Positions 50,280 to 62,660 of a DNA stretch of 64,000 nt are shown here, piece by piece. Source of the DNA: Mobula hypostoma (lineage: Eukaryota); contig NC_086097.1 of NCBI RefSeq assembly GCF_963921235.1, forward strand, positions 236,284,001 to 236,348,000. The letters are read 5' to 3'. The notes beneath the pieces were generated by a model. The model was not told where the DNA came from. It made no database searches and saw only the letters and a program-made list of their open reading frames with translations. A program made the position numbers and the translations under genes. The number at the start of each line of letters is the position of its first letter. Position 1 is the first letter of the stretch.

Positions 50280-52349
50280 GTGGAAAAGAGTAAACAGTTG
50301 ACGGTGGATATGCAATGGCAAGCATTTAAAGGTTGCATGGATGAACTACAACAATTGTTCATCCCAGTTTGGCAAAAGAATAAATCAAGGAAGGTAGTGC
50401 ACCCGTGGCTGACAAGAGAAATTAGGGATAGTACCAATTCCAAAGAAGTAGCATACAAATTAGCCAGAGAAAGTGGCTCACCTGAGGACTGGGAGAAATT
50501 CAGAGTTCAGCAGAGGAGGACAAAGGGCTTAATTAGGAAGGGGAAAAAAGATTATGAGAGAAAACTGGCGAGGAACATAAAAACGGACTGTAAAAGCTTT
50601 TATAGATATGTAAAAAGGAAAAGACTGGTAAAGACAAATGTAGGTCCCCTGCAGACAGAAACAGGTGAATTGATTATGGGGAGCAAGGACATGGCAGACC
50701 AATTGAATAATTACTTTGGTTCTGTCTTCACTAAGGAGGACATAAATAATCTTCCAGAAATAGTAAGGGACAGAGGGTCCAGTGAGATGGAGGAACTGAG
50801 TGAAATACATGTTAGTAGGGAAGTGGTGTTAGGTAAATTGAAGGGATTGAAGGCAGATAAATCCCCAGGGCCAGATGGTCTGCATCCCAGAGTGCTTAAG
50901 GAAGTAGCCCAAGAAATAGTGGATGCATTAGTGATAATTTTTCAAAACCCGTTAGATTCTGGACTAGTTCCTGAGGATTGGAGGGTGGCTAATGTAACCC
51001 CACTTTTTAAAAAAGGAGGGAGAGAGAAACCGGGGAATTATAGGCCGGTTAGCCTAATGTCGGTGGTGGGGAAACTGCTGGAGTCAGTTATCAAGGATGT
51101 GATAACAGCACATTTGGAAAGCAGTGAAATGATCGGACAAAGTCAGCATGGATTTGTGAAAGGAAAATCATGTCTGACGAATCTCATAGAATTTTTTGAG
51201 GATGTAACTAGTAGAGTGGATAGGGGAGAACCAGTGGATGTGGTATATTTGGATTTTCAAAAGGCTTTTGACAAGGTCCCACACAGGAGATTAGTGTGCA
51301 AACTTAAAGCACACGGTATTGGGGGTAAGGTATTGGTGTGGGTGGAGAATTGGTTAGCAGACAGGAAGCAAAGAGTGGGAATAAACGGGACCTTTTCAGA
51401 ATGGCAGGCGGTGACTAGTGGGGTACCGCAAGGCTCAGTGCTGGGACCCCAGTTGTTTACAATATATATTAATGACTTGGATGAGGGAATTAAATGCAGC
51501 ATCTCCAAGTTTGCGGATGACACAAAGCTGGGTGGCAGTGTTAGCAGTGAGGAGGATGCTAAGAGGATGCAGGGTGACTTGGATAGGTTGGGTGAGTGGG
51601 CAAACTCATGGCAGATGCAATTTAATGTGGATAAATGTGAAGTTATCCACTTTGGTGGCAAAAATAAGAAAACAGATTATTATCTGAATGGTGGCCGATT
51701 AGGAAAAGGGGAGGTGCAACGAGACCTGGGTGTCATTATACACCAGTCATTGAAAGTGGGCATGCAGGTACAGCAGGCGGTGAAAAAGGCGAACGGTATG
51801 CTGGCATTTATAGCGAGAGGATTCGAGTACAGGAGCAGGGAGGTACTACTGCAGTTGTACAAGGCCTTGGTGAGACCACACCTGGAGTATTGTGTGCAGT
51901 TTTGGTCCCCTAATCTGAGGAAAGACATCCTTGCCATAGAGGGAGTACAAAGAAGGTTCACCAGATTGATTCCTGGGATGGCAGGTCTTTCATATGAAGA
52001 AAGACTGGATGAACTGGGTTTGTACTCGGTGAAATTTAGAAGATTGAGGGGGGATCTGATTGAAACGTATAAGATCCTAAAGGAATTGGACAGGCTAGAT
52101 GCGGGAAGATTGTTCCCGATGTTGGGGAGGTCCAGAACGAGGGGTCACAGTTTGAGGATAGAGGGGAAGCCTTTTAGGACCGAGATTAGGAAAAACTTCT
52201 TCACACAGAGAGTGGTGAATCTGTGGAATTCTCTGCCACAGCAAACTGTTGAGGCCAGTTCATTGGCTATGTTTAAGAGGGAGTTAGATATGGCCCTTGT
52301 GGCTACAGGGGTCAGGGGGTATGGAGGGAAGGCTGGGGTGGGGTTTTGA
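50280..52349 (+). pseudogene. CR1 ORF2 reverse transcriptase, open 689-aa frame lacking the endonuclease; the first about 6 codons come from PLE DNA
   Basis: KSPGPDG, NYRPVSL, QHGF..SCLTNL, DFQKAFDKV, GVPQGSVLGP, SKFADD. Confidence 0.9.
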
Positions 52350-52451
52350 GTTGGATGATCAGCCATGATCATAATAAATGACGGTGCAGGCTCGAAGGGC
52401 CGAATGGCCTACTCCTGCACCTATTTTCTATGTTTCTATGTTTCTATGTTT
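50304..52451 (+). mobile_element. Young 5'-truncated CR1 LINE
   Basis: Uninterrupted ORF to the natural stop, 3'UTR and (TTTCTATG)n tail. Confidence 0.97.
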
Positions 52452-53142
52452 CAGGCCGAGACCCTTCATCGTATTGACTGTTTACTCTTTTCCATAGATG
52501 CTGCCTGGCCTGCTCAGTTCCTCTAGCACTTGCTGTGTGTTGCTTGGATTTCCAGGATCTACTGATTTTCTCTTGTTTGTGATTGGGAATCCTTGTGCAG
52601 GATTCTCTAAAGGTTAATTTTCAGGTTTAGTCTGTGGTGAGCAAGGCAAATGAGATGTTAACATTCATTTCAAGAAGACTGGAATATAAAAGCAAGGATG
52701 TAATGTTGAAACTTTATAAAGCACTGGCGAGGCCTCACTTGGAATATTGTGAGCTGTTTTGGGCCCCTTATCTTAGAAAGGTTGTACTGGAGAGAGTTCA
52801 AAATAGCAAATAACTTCAGCAACCAGTTCTTTAGACCTGAACATGGATTGTAGATTAAATTTAAAATGCACGCTGGACCATAGTTAACTGAAAAACCAGA
52901 CAATGCTGATTAACATTCATTTTGGGTGTCTGGAGTGGGAGTGTGAAGAAGAAGTTGTGAAAATTATATGTAATTCAAAGGAAGCATTGTAGATACATTG
53001 TAAATATAGAATTGTCCTAAGATGACGCCCACCACACCACCATGTTATGGTAATTTGGATTAAAATTTCCCCTTACTTAATTTACACGTTACAAGTCAAA
53101 ATTTTGAGACAAAGAATGAAATTCACTCTGATAGAATTTTGA

Positions 53143-53900
53143 ACATAGAATAGAACATAGAACAGTATAACACAGTATTGGTGCTTCATGTCCTCCTGTA
53201 TTAACTATTTCAGCCCGGGAGGGGTTTAAGTCTCTGTCTGTTCACTCTATCTTTGCCCCTTATCAAGTCAGCTTTCATCTTCTTTCTCTCCAAAGAGAAA
53301 AGCCAAAGCTTACTTAACCTTGCCTCATAAGGCTTTCTAATCCAAGCAGTATCTTGATAAATATCCTCTGCACCTTCCGTAAAGTTTCCACATTCTTCCT
53401 ATAATGAGGGGACCAGAACCTAACACGATGTTACGTTTGGTCTAACCAGAGTTTTATAGAGCTGCGCCATTACCTCCCAACTCGTGAACTCAATCCCCTG
53501 ACTAATGAAGACCAAGCATGCCTAATGAGGCCAGGTTAAGCAAGCTATGGCTTTTTCTCTTTGGCGAGAAAGAAGATGAGAGCTGACTTGATAGATAAGA
53601 GGCAAAGATAGAGTGGACAGACAGAGACTTTACGCCTTCTTAACCACCTTATCACTTTGCACTGTAACTTTGAGGGATTTTTTGATGCGAACCCCATGGC
53701 CCCTCTGTTCCTTCACACTATTAAGAACCCTGCCATTAACCATGTATTCTGTCTCCTTGTTCGACTTTCCCAAGTGAATCAGTTCACACTTTTCTGGATT
53801 GAACTTCATCCTCTCACATCGCAGCACAGCTCTGCATCCTATCAATGTCCTTTGATAACTATATACACAACACCAACCTTCGTGTTATATACAAACCTAC
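53143..53900 (-). mobile_element. Degenerate CR1 3' part with an internal inverted duplication
   Basis: MKFNPEKCELIHLG..VVKKA; (TTCTATG)n tail; 53520-53630 mirrors 53228-53333. Confidence 0.8.
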
Positions 53901-56049
53901 TTATGTCAAAAAATAAATTTATCAGATCAATTTATAAGTTATTCGTATTATTTTTTTCAACTGTCATTTCTCGACACGTACAATGACACAGCATCGCATT
54001 TCAAAAAGTCACAATAAAGACTCTTTTCTAGGAATGCAACACCCTCTCCTCCACCCCACCCACCCTGTGGTAATGCAGGGAACACCTATATCTAAAAATG
54101 TTTTTCCTCATGTATAGCCATATATTTTTGTTTTCTTAGTGTTCACTTTAAACCCAGTTTTGTCCTTGACTTGTTGACTTTGACAAAAACAAATCTTTCA
54201 ACTTATTCAGTTTGAGCATTTCATGATTTTCTACATCTTCTCTGCTGGGAGGGTTACGTTATCATTCATTGAAGATGTTTTGAAGGGGCAATTTGTTGAT
54301 TAACATAATCAGAGCATGCATTGGCTCATGGCAACTTAACTTGACTTGCAATTAAGGGGTAGTGTTGAAATTACTTACAATTAATTACAATCACGTTTTC
54401 TTTATTGTTGTGGGAAGGGATAGAAGCAAGGATAGTGTAGAGCAGTGCATATAAATTGTTCCTTGATGTATGCACAACAAAATTGCATAGTCCTGAAATA
54501 GAATTAAAATATGAGTTTTAAATGCTGAGTAGGTCAGGCAGCATCTTGAAGAATTAATATTTCAGGTTGATTAACTTTCATTAATTCTGGGAATAGAGAA
54601 AAGCAAGTTATATAATGCAGAGAAATGGGAAGGGAGTTAGAAACAGAAGAGTTATGTGAGGGTCTTACAGACTCTAATTCCAACTAACAAAAAAAAACAA
54701 AAGCCTGTCTGGAAATCTGATTTGTTTCACAAATAGGACATTGTGCCAGTAAAGAATATCAATCAGCAGAATTTACATTTTCATTTATTTTGGTTTAAGC
54801 ATATCACAGGTGGCATTCAAAATGCTTGTATAGATGAATAACCAGTCCAATATTTCGGAGGAATCCTTCAGTCAGAGTGTGACAGTGGTGACAAAACTTG
54901 GGGAAGTGTAGATGGAGTGAGTCAAAAGATTGCATTAAAAAAGATGATAATTTTGCTGAAATTCTGGGAGCATTTTTTTTATATCACAAGTGATGGAAAT
55001 CTGTGGAATCCTCAAAGAAAGATGAGTGACAACAGTAAAAATTATCCACTCGTGTTAGTTCTCCTGTGGTTTATGATGGCAAAACAGATCGTTCAAGGCC
55101 ACTCCCTCTGTATGATGTATTCCACAATGAACTGCAAGACTGAAAACTTCCTGGAGTTCCCTCTCAATTATCTAAGATAATATTGACGAATAGGTCAGAG
55201 AAAGAGATTTTCTTGATTATATTTGAGTATTCTCCAGTTGAACTGACGGCAAATGAACGAAAGTAATTCCATATAAATTCATCAAAAATTGTGGCTAACA
55301 ATAAATTTATGACAAAATATGTGTGTAATATGCTTTTTATTGGAGACTTAAAGGAAATATTTTAAGGCATTTAGAATTCGAACCTGTTCAGAAGGTCAAC
55401 AGAGAGGAATAATTTTCTCTTCTATAAGAATCCAGAAGAAGAGGTAAGGTTCTAAGTTTAAAGTTAAAGTTTCAATATTCATTGATGATGTCCAGAAAAC
55501 TACTTTACGGAAAAGGTTCAGAAATCTAATTCCGGACTCATGATAGTTGTGGCTGAACCTTGCTGGGTTTGTGCTAGACAATGTTTGAGATGGCTCGGTG
55601 GAGTTAAGATACTGATGCACAATGTTGTAATTAAACTGTTGCGGATAAATGACCTTCTCCCATTCTTTTCTAATCCCCAATTCCATTGAAGATCCCAATC
55701 TCAGGTGGTGGAGAACGCCACAAGGATAATACGGAGAAGTGCGAGGGAATATGAGCAGACAAAGTGAATGTGCTGGGCCATGGCAGATGGCATAAAATGC
55801 AGAAAAAAATTCATGAGGAAAAAAATGCACAGGCTGAATGTTTTTTAATGTCAGAGATTAAAATGTATCAGTATTCAGAGGGATCGGGTGGGGTGGGGGG
55901 GTGTTATGTACTCCAATCACAGAAAGCTAATATGTAGGTTCTCCAGCTTATTCGGAAAACTGACTGTGTATTGGCCTTTATTGCAAGAGGGTTTCAGTAT
56001 CAGAGAAGAGGAGTTTTGCTCTAACCCCACTGAGTACAACTAGAATAAG

Positions 56050-56635
56050 ATTTACATACCAGCTGTGTGGTGAAAAAAGGCACAACAGCGCCTTTTTCAC
56101 CTCAGATGGTTGAGGAAGTTTGGTATGAGCCCCTAAATCCTAAGAACTTCCTACAGGGGCACAACTGAGAGCATCTTGACTGGCTGCATCACTGCCTGGT
56201 ATGGGAACTGTACTTCCCTCAATCGCAGGACTCTGCAGAGAGTGGTGCGGACAGCCCAGTGCATCTGTACGTGTGAACTTCCCACTATTCAGGCCACTTA
56301 CAGAGGCAGGTATGTAAAAAAGGCCTGAAGGATCACTGGGGACCCGAGTCACTTCAACCACAAACTATTCCAGCTGCTACCATACCGGAAACAGTACCGC
56401 AGCATAAAAGCCAGGACCAGCTGGTTCGGAGACAGCTTCTTCCACCAGGCCATCAGACTGATTAATTTATGCTGCTACAATTGTATTTCTATGTTAGTTC
56501 GACTGTCCTGTTGTACATACTGTTCATTTATTATATATCACTGTAAATTGCATAATGTACATTTAGACAGAGACGTAATGTAAATATTTTTAATCATCAT
56601 ATATATGGAGGATGTAAGAAATAAAGTCAGTTCTA
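56050..56635 (+). mobile_element. Rex1/Babar 3' fragment
   Basis: Close match to about 60015-60610. Confidence 0.85.
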
Positions 56636-56639
56636 TACA

Positions 56640-57900
56640 GGTGCAGCTCCAATGTTACATTTAAGTTTGCTGCCAAACTACTACTGTTGGACAAATCAAA
56701 AGTGGTGACAAACTGGCGTATAGAAGGAAGATTAGCCATATGGTCAAGTGATACCACAACAACAACCTCTCACTCAATGTCAGCAAAATCAGAGCTCATT
56801 ATTTATTAAAGGAGAAAGAAACCAGAGGTCCATGAGCCAGAACTCATTAGGAGATCAGAAGTGGAGGAGGTTAGTAGCTTTAAACTCCTTGGTGTTATCA
56901 TATCGGAGGATCTGTCCTGGGACCGTCACAAAGATGGCACAGTAGTGCTGGAGCAGTACAGTAGCATAGCGGTTAGTGCGATTCTTCACAGTGCCAAGAA
57001 TGATCGAAAGGGGTTCAATTCTGACTGCTGTCTGTTAGAAGTTTGTACACGTGGGTTTCCTTTGACATTGCAAGAGATGTATAGGTTAGGCACAGGAATG
57101 TTGGCACAGGAAACTTGGCAATACTTGCAGGATGCCCCCAACACACCCTTGAACTGTGGTGTTGATGCAGCCAAAGAATTTCACTGTATGTTTCAATACA
57201 CATGTGGCAATTAAAGCTGATCTTTAGAAGGCACAACTGTGCCTCTGTTTTTTTAGAAGTTTGTATAGATTCAGCATGTCACCAAAAGCTTTGATGAACT
57301 TTTATAGCTGCACAGTGGAGAGTATCCTAACTGGATGCATCACAGCCTGGTTGCAAAACACCAAAGCCAAGGAATGGAACAAGATTTGTAGAAACAGACC
57401 ATTCCATCACAGGCAAAACACTCCCATTACTGAGCGCATTTACAAGGAGCACTGTCACAAGAAAGCAGCATCCATCATGAAGGGCCCTCTTCATCCAAGT
57501 CATGCTTTCTTCTCACTACTACTATTGGGCAGGCGATACAGAAGCCTTAGGTCCCACATCAACAGGTTCATGAACAGTTATTACCCTACAACCATCAGGC
57601 TCCATAACTGGTGTAGCTAATTTTACTCACCAGAACGCTGCACTGATTCTACAACCTTTTGACTCTCTTTGAAGCACTCTTTGCGGCTCACGTTCTCCAT
57701 ACTTTTTTTCTAATTTGCACTGTTTGTCTTCGTCTGCATATTGATTGTTTGTCAATCTTTGTTCACGTATAGGTTTTTGAAAATTACATTGTATTTCTTT
57801 ATTTTCCTTTAAATGCCTACAAGAAAATGAATCACAAAGGAGTACATTGTAACTTATACATACTTTGATAATAGGTACGATTTGAATTTACTTTGAATTT
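56640..57900 (+). mobile_element. Older Rex1/Babar fragment split by a SINE
   Basis: EEVSSFKLLGVIISEDLSW; NFYSCTVESILTGCITAW; FMNSYYPTTIRL. Confidence 0.85.
56936..57222 (+). mobile_element. Chimeric SINE: tRNA-like head with a non-CR1 tail
   Basis: TAGCATAGCGG A-box, GGTTCAATTC B-box, partial V core, then a tail matching 25750-25883. Confidence 0.7.
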
Positions 57901-58586
57901 AATCTCTATGGTGAAGGACAGAGGGAATGCAACACTAGCTCACCACATTGAACGAAAGAGAATGGGATGATAAGATATACAGAAGGAGCAGAATTAGACC
58001 TTTTGGCCCATTGAGTTTGCTCTGCCATTTCATCATGACTTATCCATTTCCCTCACAGCCTCAACCTCCTACCTTGCTCTCCATATCCCATTAAGGTAAT
58101 TAGGCCTATACTGTCATGAATTTAGAAGAATCTCATGGAAGCGTACAGAATCCTTCAAGGGGTTGACAGGGTGGATGCAGAATTGATGTTTCCTAGGATT
58201 AATGTGTATAGAACACATTACAATTATTACACCTCAACCATCAGGTTCTTGTACCAAAGGGGACAATTTCACTCAACTTACTTTCCCCATCATTGAAATG
58301 TTCCCACAATTTATGGACTCACTTCCAAATCAAGTTCTTCGATATTTATTGTTCATTTTTTTATTATTATTATTTCTTCCTTTTTGTTATGTGCACAGTC
58401 TTTTGCACATTAGTTGAATATCTAAGTCGGTGCAGTCTTTCATTGATTCTATAATAGTTATCATTCTACTATCAATATTTCAATGCCTACAAGAAAATGA
58501 ATCTCAGGTTTGTATATGGTGATGTACATGTATTTTCATAATAAGATTACTTTGAACTTTGAACCAATTATCTAGTCTCAAAATAT

Positions 58587-58845
58587 GGCAGCGTAGCGGT
58601 TGACACAATGTTTTACAGTACCAGCGACCCGGATTCAATTCCCGCTTCTGCCAGTGGGGATTTGGTGCATCTCCCAGCCACCATGTATGTTTCCTTCAGA
58701 TGCTCTGGTTTCCTCCCACAGTCCAAAGGAGTACCGGTTGGTAAGTTAATTGGTCATTGTAAATTGGCCCCTGATTAGGATAGGATTAAATTATGGGATT
58801 GCTGCGATTACTCTGTGTTGTATCCCAATTAAAAAAAATTAAAAT
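58587..58845 (+). mobile_element. Near full-length V-SINE (HE1-like) within a CR1 tail
   Basis: GGCAGCGTAGCGG A-box-like, GGATTCAATTCC B-box-like, V core. Confidence 0.85.
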
Positions 58846-59826
58846 ATGAGGCTGGATGTCATATCCGGGACTGTTGTAAGGAAGATTTGCTACACCCAGA
58901 TGGTGGTGAATCTTTAGAATTTATTGCTCAAAAGGGCTGTTGTAGCTCAGTCATGGAGTGCATTTAGGATAGTGTTCAAGTTTCGGCAAGGACTAGAAGG
59001 GCCGAATGGCCTGTTTTCTGTGCTGTAGTGTTCTATGGTTCTAATAGATTTATAGATATTAAAGGAATCATGTGATTTGGAAGTAAAAGATCAGCCCTAA
59101 TCTTGTTGAATGATGAAACAATCCCTCAATGCACAATAACCTGCTCTACTTTTTTTTCTTTATAGAAAGGAATATGCACAGAAGTGTTTTATTTTGAGAA
59201 TCACTGCAGTAGAATCGACTTGCAGTTTTTTGATCTATGACACGGGACTCTTAATGTGTGCTTCAGTGTAGGTTTCACATTGATTGTAGATTTATCAGAA
59301 TAGCCAACCATCAGTTCCTCTCGGACACAGGGAAACGATGACGGTGATTCTGCAGTGGCCGCTTTAGTTATTGTTTCTCTGCTCTGGAGTGACAGTATTA
59401 ATTTGCTGCTTAATGATTCTTGAGGTTTACTAAAGCTGAAGAATAATTATTCTGTTTGGACCTGATCAGTCTTGTTTTAATTATGTAGAAACAAGTACTG
59501 ATAGGAAACATGGAGAGGTCACTGCTGATATTGGCATTATTATGTAAGCCAACTTGTCTTATACAGTCTAAGTTTGTTTTAAATTGCTTTCCCAATAGTT
59601 GATGCAATGTAAATTGTACTTGTTATGTGTGACCTTAATTAATGATGATTTTGGATGAACCTTTGTGTATCTCAGTAACGATAAATTGATTTGCTGGTGG
59701 TGCTAATTTTATTTTACGGATTCTGCACTAAGTAGTAAAATCTTGAGAGATGTTTGCTTTATTCTGTGAATGCCATTGTGAGGATGATCATGAACTACTG
59801 CTGAAGTCTTAAACATAATGTCATGA

Positions 59827-60615
59827 AGATTGACATGGTGGTGTCAAGAAAATAACCTCTCCCTCAATGTCGCAAAAACAAAGGAGCTGGTTGTGGACCA
59901 CAGGAGATATAGGGACAGGCTCACCCCTATTGACATCAATGGTTCTGGGATTGAGAGGGTGAACAGCTTCAAGTTCCTTGGTATTCACATCACCGAGGAC
60001 CTCACGGTCTGTACATACTGGTTGTGTGGTGAAAAAAGTACAACAGTGCCTCTGTCACCTCAGACCATTGAAGAAGTTCAGCATGGGTCCCCATATCCTA
60101 AGAATTTTCTACAGGGGCACAATTGTAAGCATCCTGACTGGCTGTCTCACTGTCTGGTATGGGAACTGTACTTACCTCAATTGCAGGACTCTGCAGAGAG
60201 TGGTGCAGACAGCCCAGCACATCTATGAGTGTGAACTTCCCACTGTCCATGACATTTACAGAGACAGGTGCATAAAAAGGACCTGAAGGATCATTGGGGA
60301 CCCGAGTCAACCCAACCACAAACTGTTCCAGCTGCTACCATCTGGGAAAAGGTACCACAGCATAAAAGCCAAGACCAGCAGGCTCCAGGACAGCTTCTTC
60401 CACCAGGCCATCAGAATGATTAATTCACACTAACACAATTATATTTCTAAGCTATATAGACCGTTCTGTTATATATCTTACTGTACATACTATTTATTAC
60501 AAATTACTATAATTTGTACATTGCTTGTTCAGATGGGGACGTAATGCAAAGATTTGTACTCCTCCTATTTGTGAAGGATGTAAGATATAAAGTCAATTTA
60601 ATACAATTCAATTCA
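59827..60615 (+). mobile_element. Rex1/Babar 3' fragment
   Basis: WCQENNLSLNVAKTKELVVD..FKFLGIHITEDL; (CAATT)n tail. Confidence 0.9.
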
Positions 60616-60729
60616 AAATCAGTTAACATTACAAGACTTCCAGGAACCTATTGGTTTAATCTCAATGGTTAGTATTACTCATTGCTAACTTTTTCCTCAC
60701 TTGATATTGATCATTTGTCTCACAGCAGC

Positions 60730-61172
60730 AAATTTATTTATTTATTTATCTATCTACCCTATCGATTGTCCATTTATCTGTGCATTTATTTATCTATTTA
60801 TTTGTTTACCTATCTATTTATCTATCCATTTCTACTTATTTATTTATGTATGTATGTATTTATTGTTTTGTTTATTTTTTTGTTTATTGATTGATGGAGA
60901 TAAAGCACTGAATAGGCTCTTTCGCCACTTCAAGCTATACAGCCCAGCATTCTCCCGATTTAATCTGAGCCTAACCACGGGACAGTTTACAATGACCAAA
61001 TAACTTACCAACTGGCATGGCATTAGATTGTGGGAGGAAACCAGAGCTCCAGAAGGAAACCCACGTGGTCATGGGGAGAACGTACCAACATCTTACAGGC
61101 AGTAGCAGGAATTGAACCCAGGTCACCTGTACCGTAAGGTGTTGTGCTAACCACTATGCTACCATGCTATCC
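60730..61172 (-). mobile_element. V-SINE with expanded (TATT/TATC)n tail
   Basis: Reverse complement ATAGCATGGTAGCATAGTGG, GGGTTCAATTCC, V core; tetranucleotide tract 60730-60895. Confidence 0.85.
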
Positions 61173-61273
61173 CACGATACATCCTGTATTTAATTTTACA
61201 CAAAACACTAGCCAATTATCTCAAATAATAATCACAAAAGACTGATAAAGCCTAGGACAGAATTTTATATATT

Positions 61274-61670
61274 TTACTGCCTGTTACGCCACTGACGTTT
61301 TGGGCAGCAATGAAAGTCCTCCATCTCTGGTGGTGGTCATGGTTTCCTTCATTGTGCCAGTAGATTCCTCTAGGTTTTCACTACTGTCGGTCATGCAAGT
61401 CTCGGTTGGAGACTCAGGAATTACATCAAACTCAAATGTAGAAGAATTCTTCATTGCTCTTTCCATAGCAATTCTATTTTACCAGTCAGGGCTGTTAGCC
61501 ATGAGCTGAACCCCAGATCTGGAGGACCGGGGGACCATTCTCAGTCTGTCCTCTACCCTTTGTCCTGTCTGGCATGGGTGACCCTATCAAGGGCCAAAGC
61601 ATAAAGCTCGGACTCCAGCCAACATAGCTCTCTGTGTCATTGAGGCACACAAACCTCCAATTCACAACAA
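61274..61670 (-). mobile_element. Bipartite RTE-derived short element (5' head plus 3' tail)
   Basis: Last 56 nt match 3598-3653 (47/56); head shares motifs with 13060-13326. Confidence 0.7.
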
Positions 61671-62019
61671 AATCAGAATCAGGTTTACCATCACCGGCAT
61701 GTGCTGTGAAATATGTTGTGGTCCTCTTGGTGGCTAACACAGAAGCATTCATGAAAAATGTATGTAACTCCTGATTTGAGCTGCCTAATATAAACAGCAT
61801 ACATGTAGTAGTCTGGGTAACACTGAAAGTAGGCTTTTAAAGATACGAAGATGGTAGTCTTCTTTTGAATTAATAGCCTGATAGCACAAATGTATCACGT
61901 CTAAAGGTTGTTCAAATGTGCAAAGAATGTGGATTTTCTGCTTTTTTCCATTAAAGCCCATTTGTTACATGATTACATGTGCATATGATTTTGCTACACA
62001 ACAACACGAGAGCAGAAAA

Positions 62020-62660
62020 TCCTGACGAGTTCATTGTCATATGCACTAGTAAATGTATGCAGATACACAGAGAAGCTTATCTGCAGCAACATACCACAGA
62101 CATAATGCATGAGATAAGCAGCATTCACAAGAGAAAATAGGTTAAATTATGCACAATTTTTAAAAAACAATTGGAACAAAAATAAAGTCAATTTAGTGCA
62201 AAGTGCTCAAGGTGGTCATAGTGTTTTTATAACAAAGTGACTAAGGTTGTGGCGACTAGTTTAAGAAAAAAATGGTTGAAGGGAAGTCGCTGTTCTTGAA
62301 GCTGGTGATATAGGAATTCAGGTCTTTGTACCTCCTGCCCATTGGAAGCTGTGAGAAGATGACATGGCTCAAATGGTAGGGATCTCTGCTGATAGATGTT
62401 GCCTTCTTCAGATACTACCGATGGTCGGGTGGAAAGTGCCTGTGACATATTATGTTGAGTCCTTTACTCTCTGCAGCGTCTTGCTTTTCTGAACATTCAA
62501 ATGGCTGTACCAGATCATGATGCGAACAGTCAGCATGTTTTCTATGGTACATCTATTGAAGATTGTGAGAGCATTCGGTGACATGCTAAACCTCCTTAAC
62601 CTTCTAAGAAAGTAAAGACACTGAAGTGTCTTTCTTGAGATTGCATCTACTGTATGTACA
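62020..62660 (-). mobile_element. Rex1/Babar 3' fragment
   Basis: QCLYFLRRLRRFSMSPNALTIFNRCTIENML. Confidence 0.8.

Larger units (their letters stand above)
50234..52585. mobile_element. Fold-back PLE terminal-repeat insertion with 11-bp TSD, split by CR1
   Basis: TSD GGAATCCTTGT at 50223-50233 and 52586-52596; arms 50234-50303 and about 52475-52540 are reverse complements. Confidence 0.88.
43470..52802 (+). mobile_element. Old, long CR1 (ORF1 esterase to ORF2 C-terminus) used as a scaffold by many later insertions
   Basis: Collinear pieces DMGSTSDKVLHREFREL, YRPPNS..GDFN, SDH, DKSPG|DGVHPR, ANVTPLFKKG, DF.KAF, KFAD, RPHLEYC. Confidence 0.88.

Noticed and set aside
50280..52349. 689-aa ORF as a host gene or prokaryotic-type RT system (retron, DGR, group II intron)
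   Set aside because: Motifs, 3'UTR and the octamer tail are those of CR1; the start codon lies in PLE DNA; no accessory genes
58587..58660. tRNA gene
   Set aside because: A/B-box-like head runs into the V-SINE core; no complete cloverleaf; many decayed copies
60682..61003. Hydrophobic membrane-protein-like ORFs
   Set aside because: Translation of (TATT/TATC)n microsatellite
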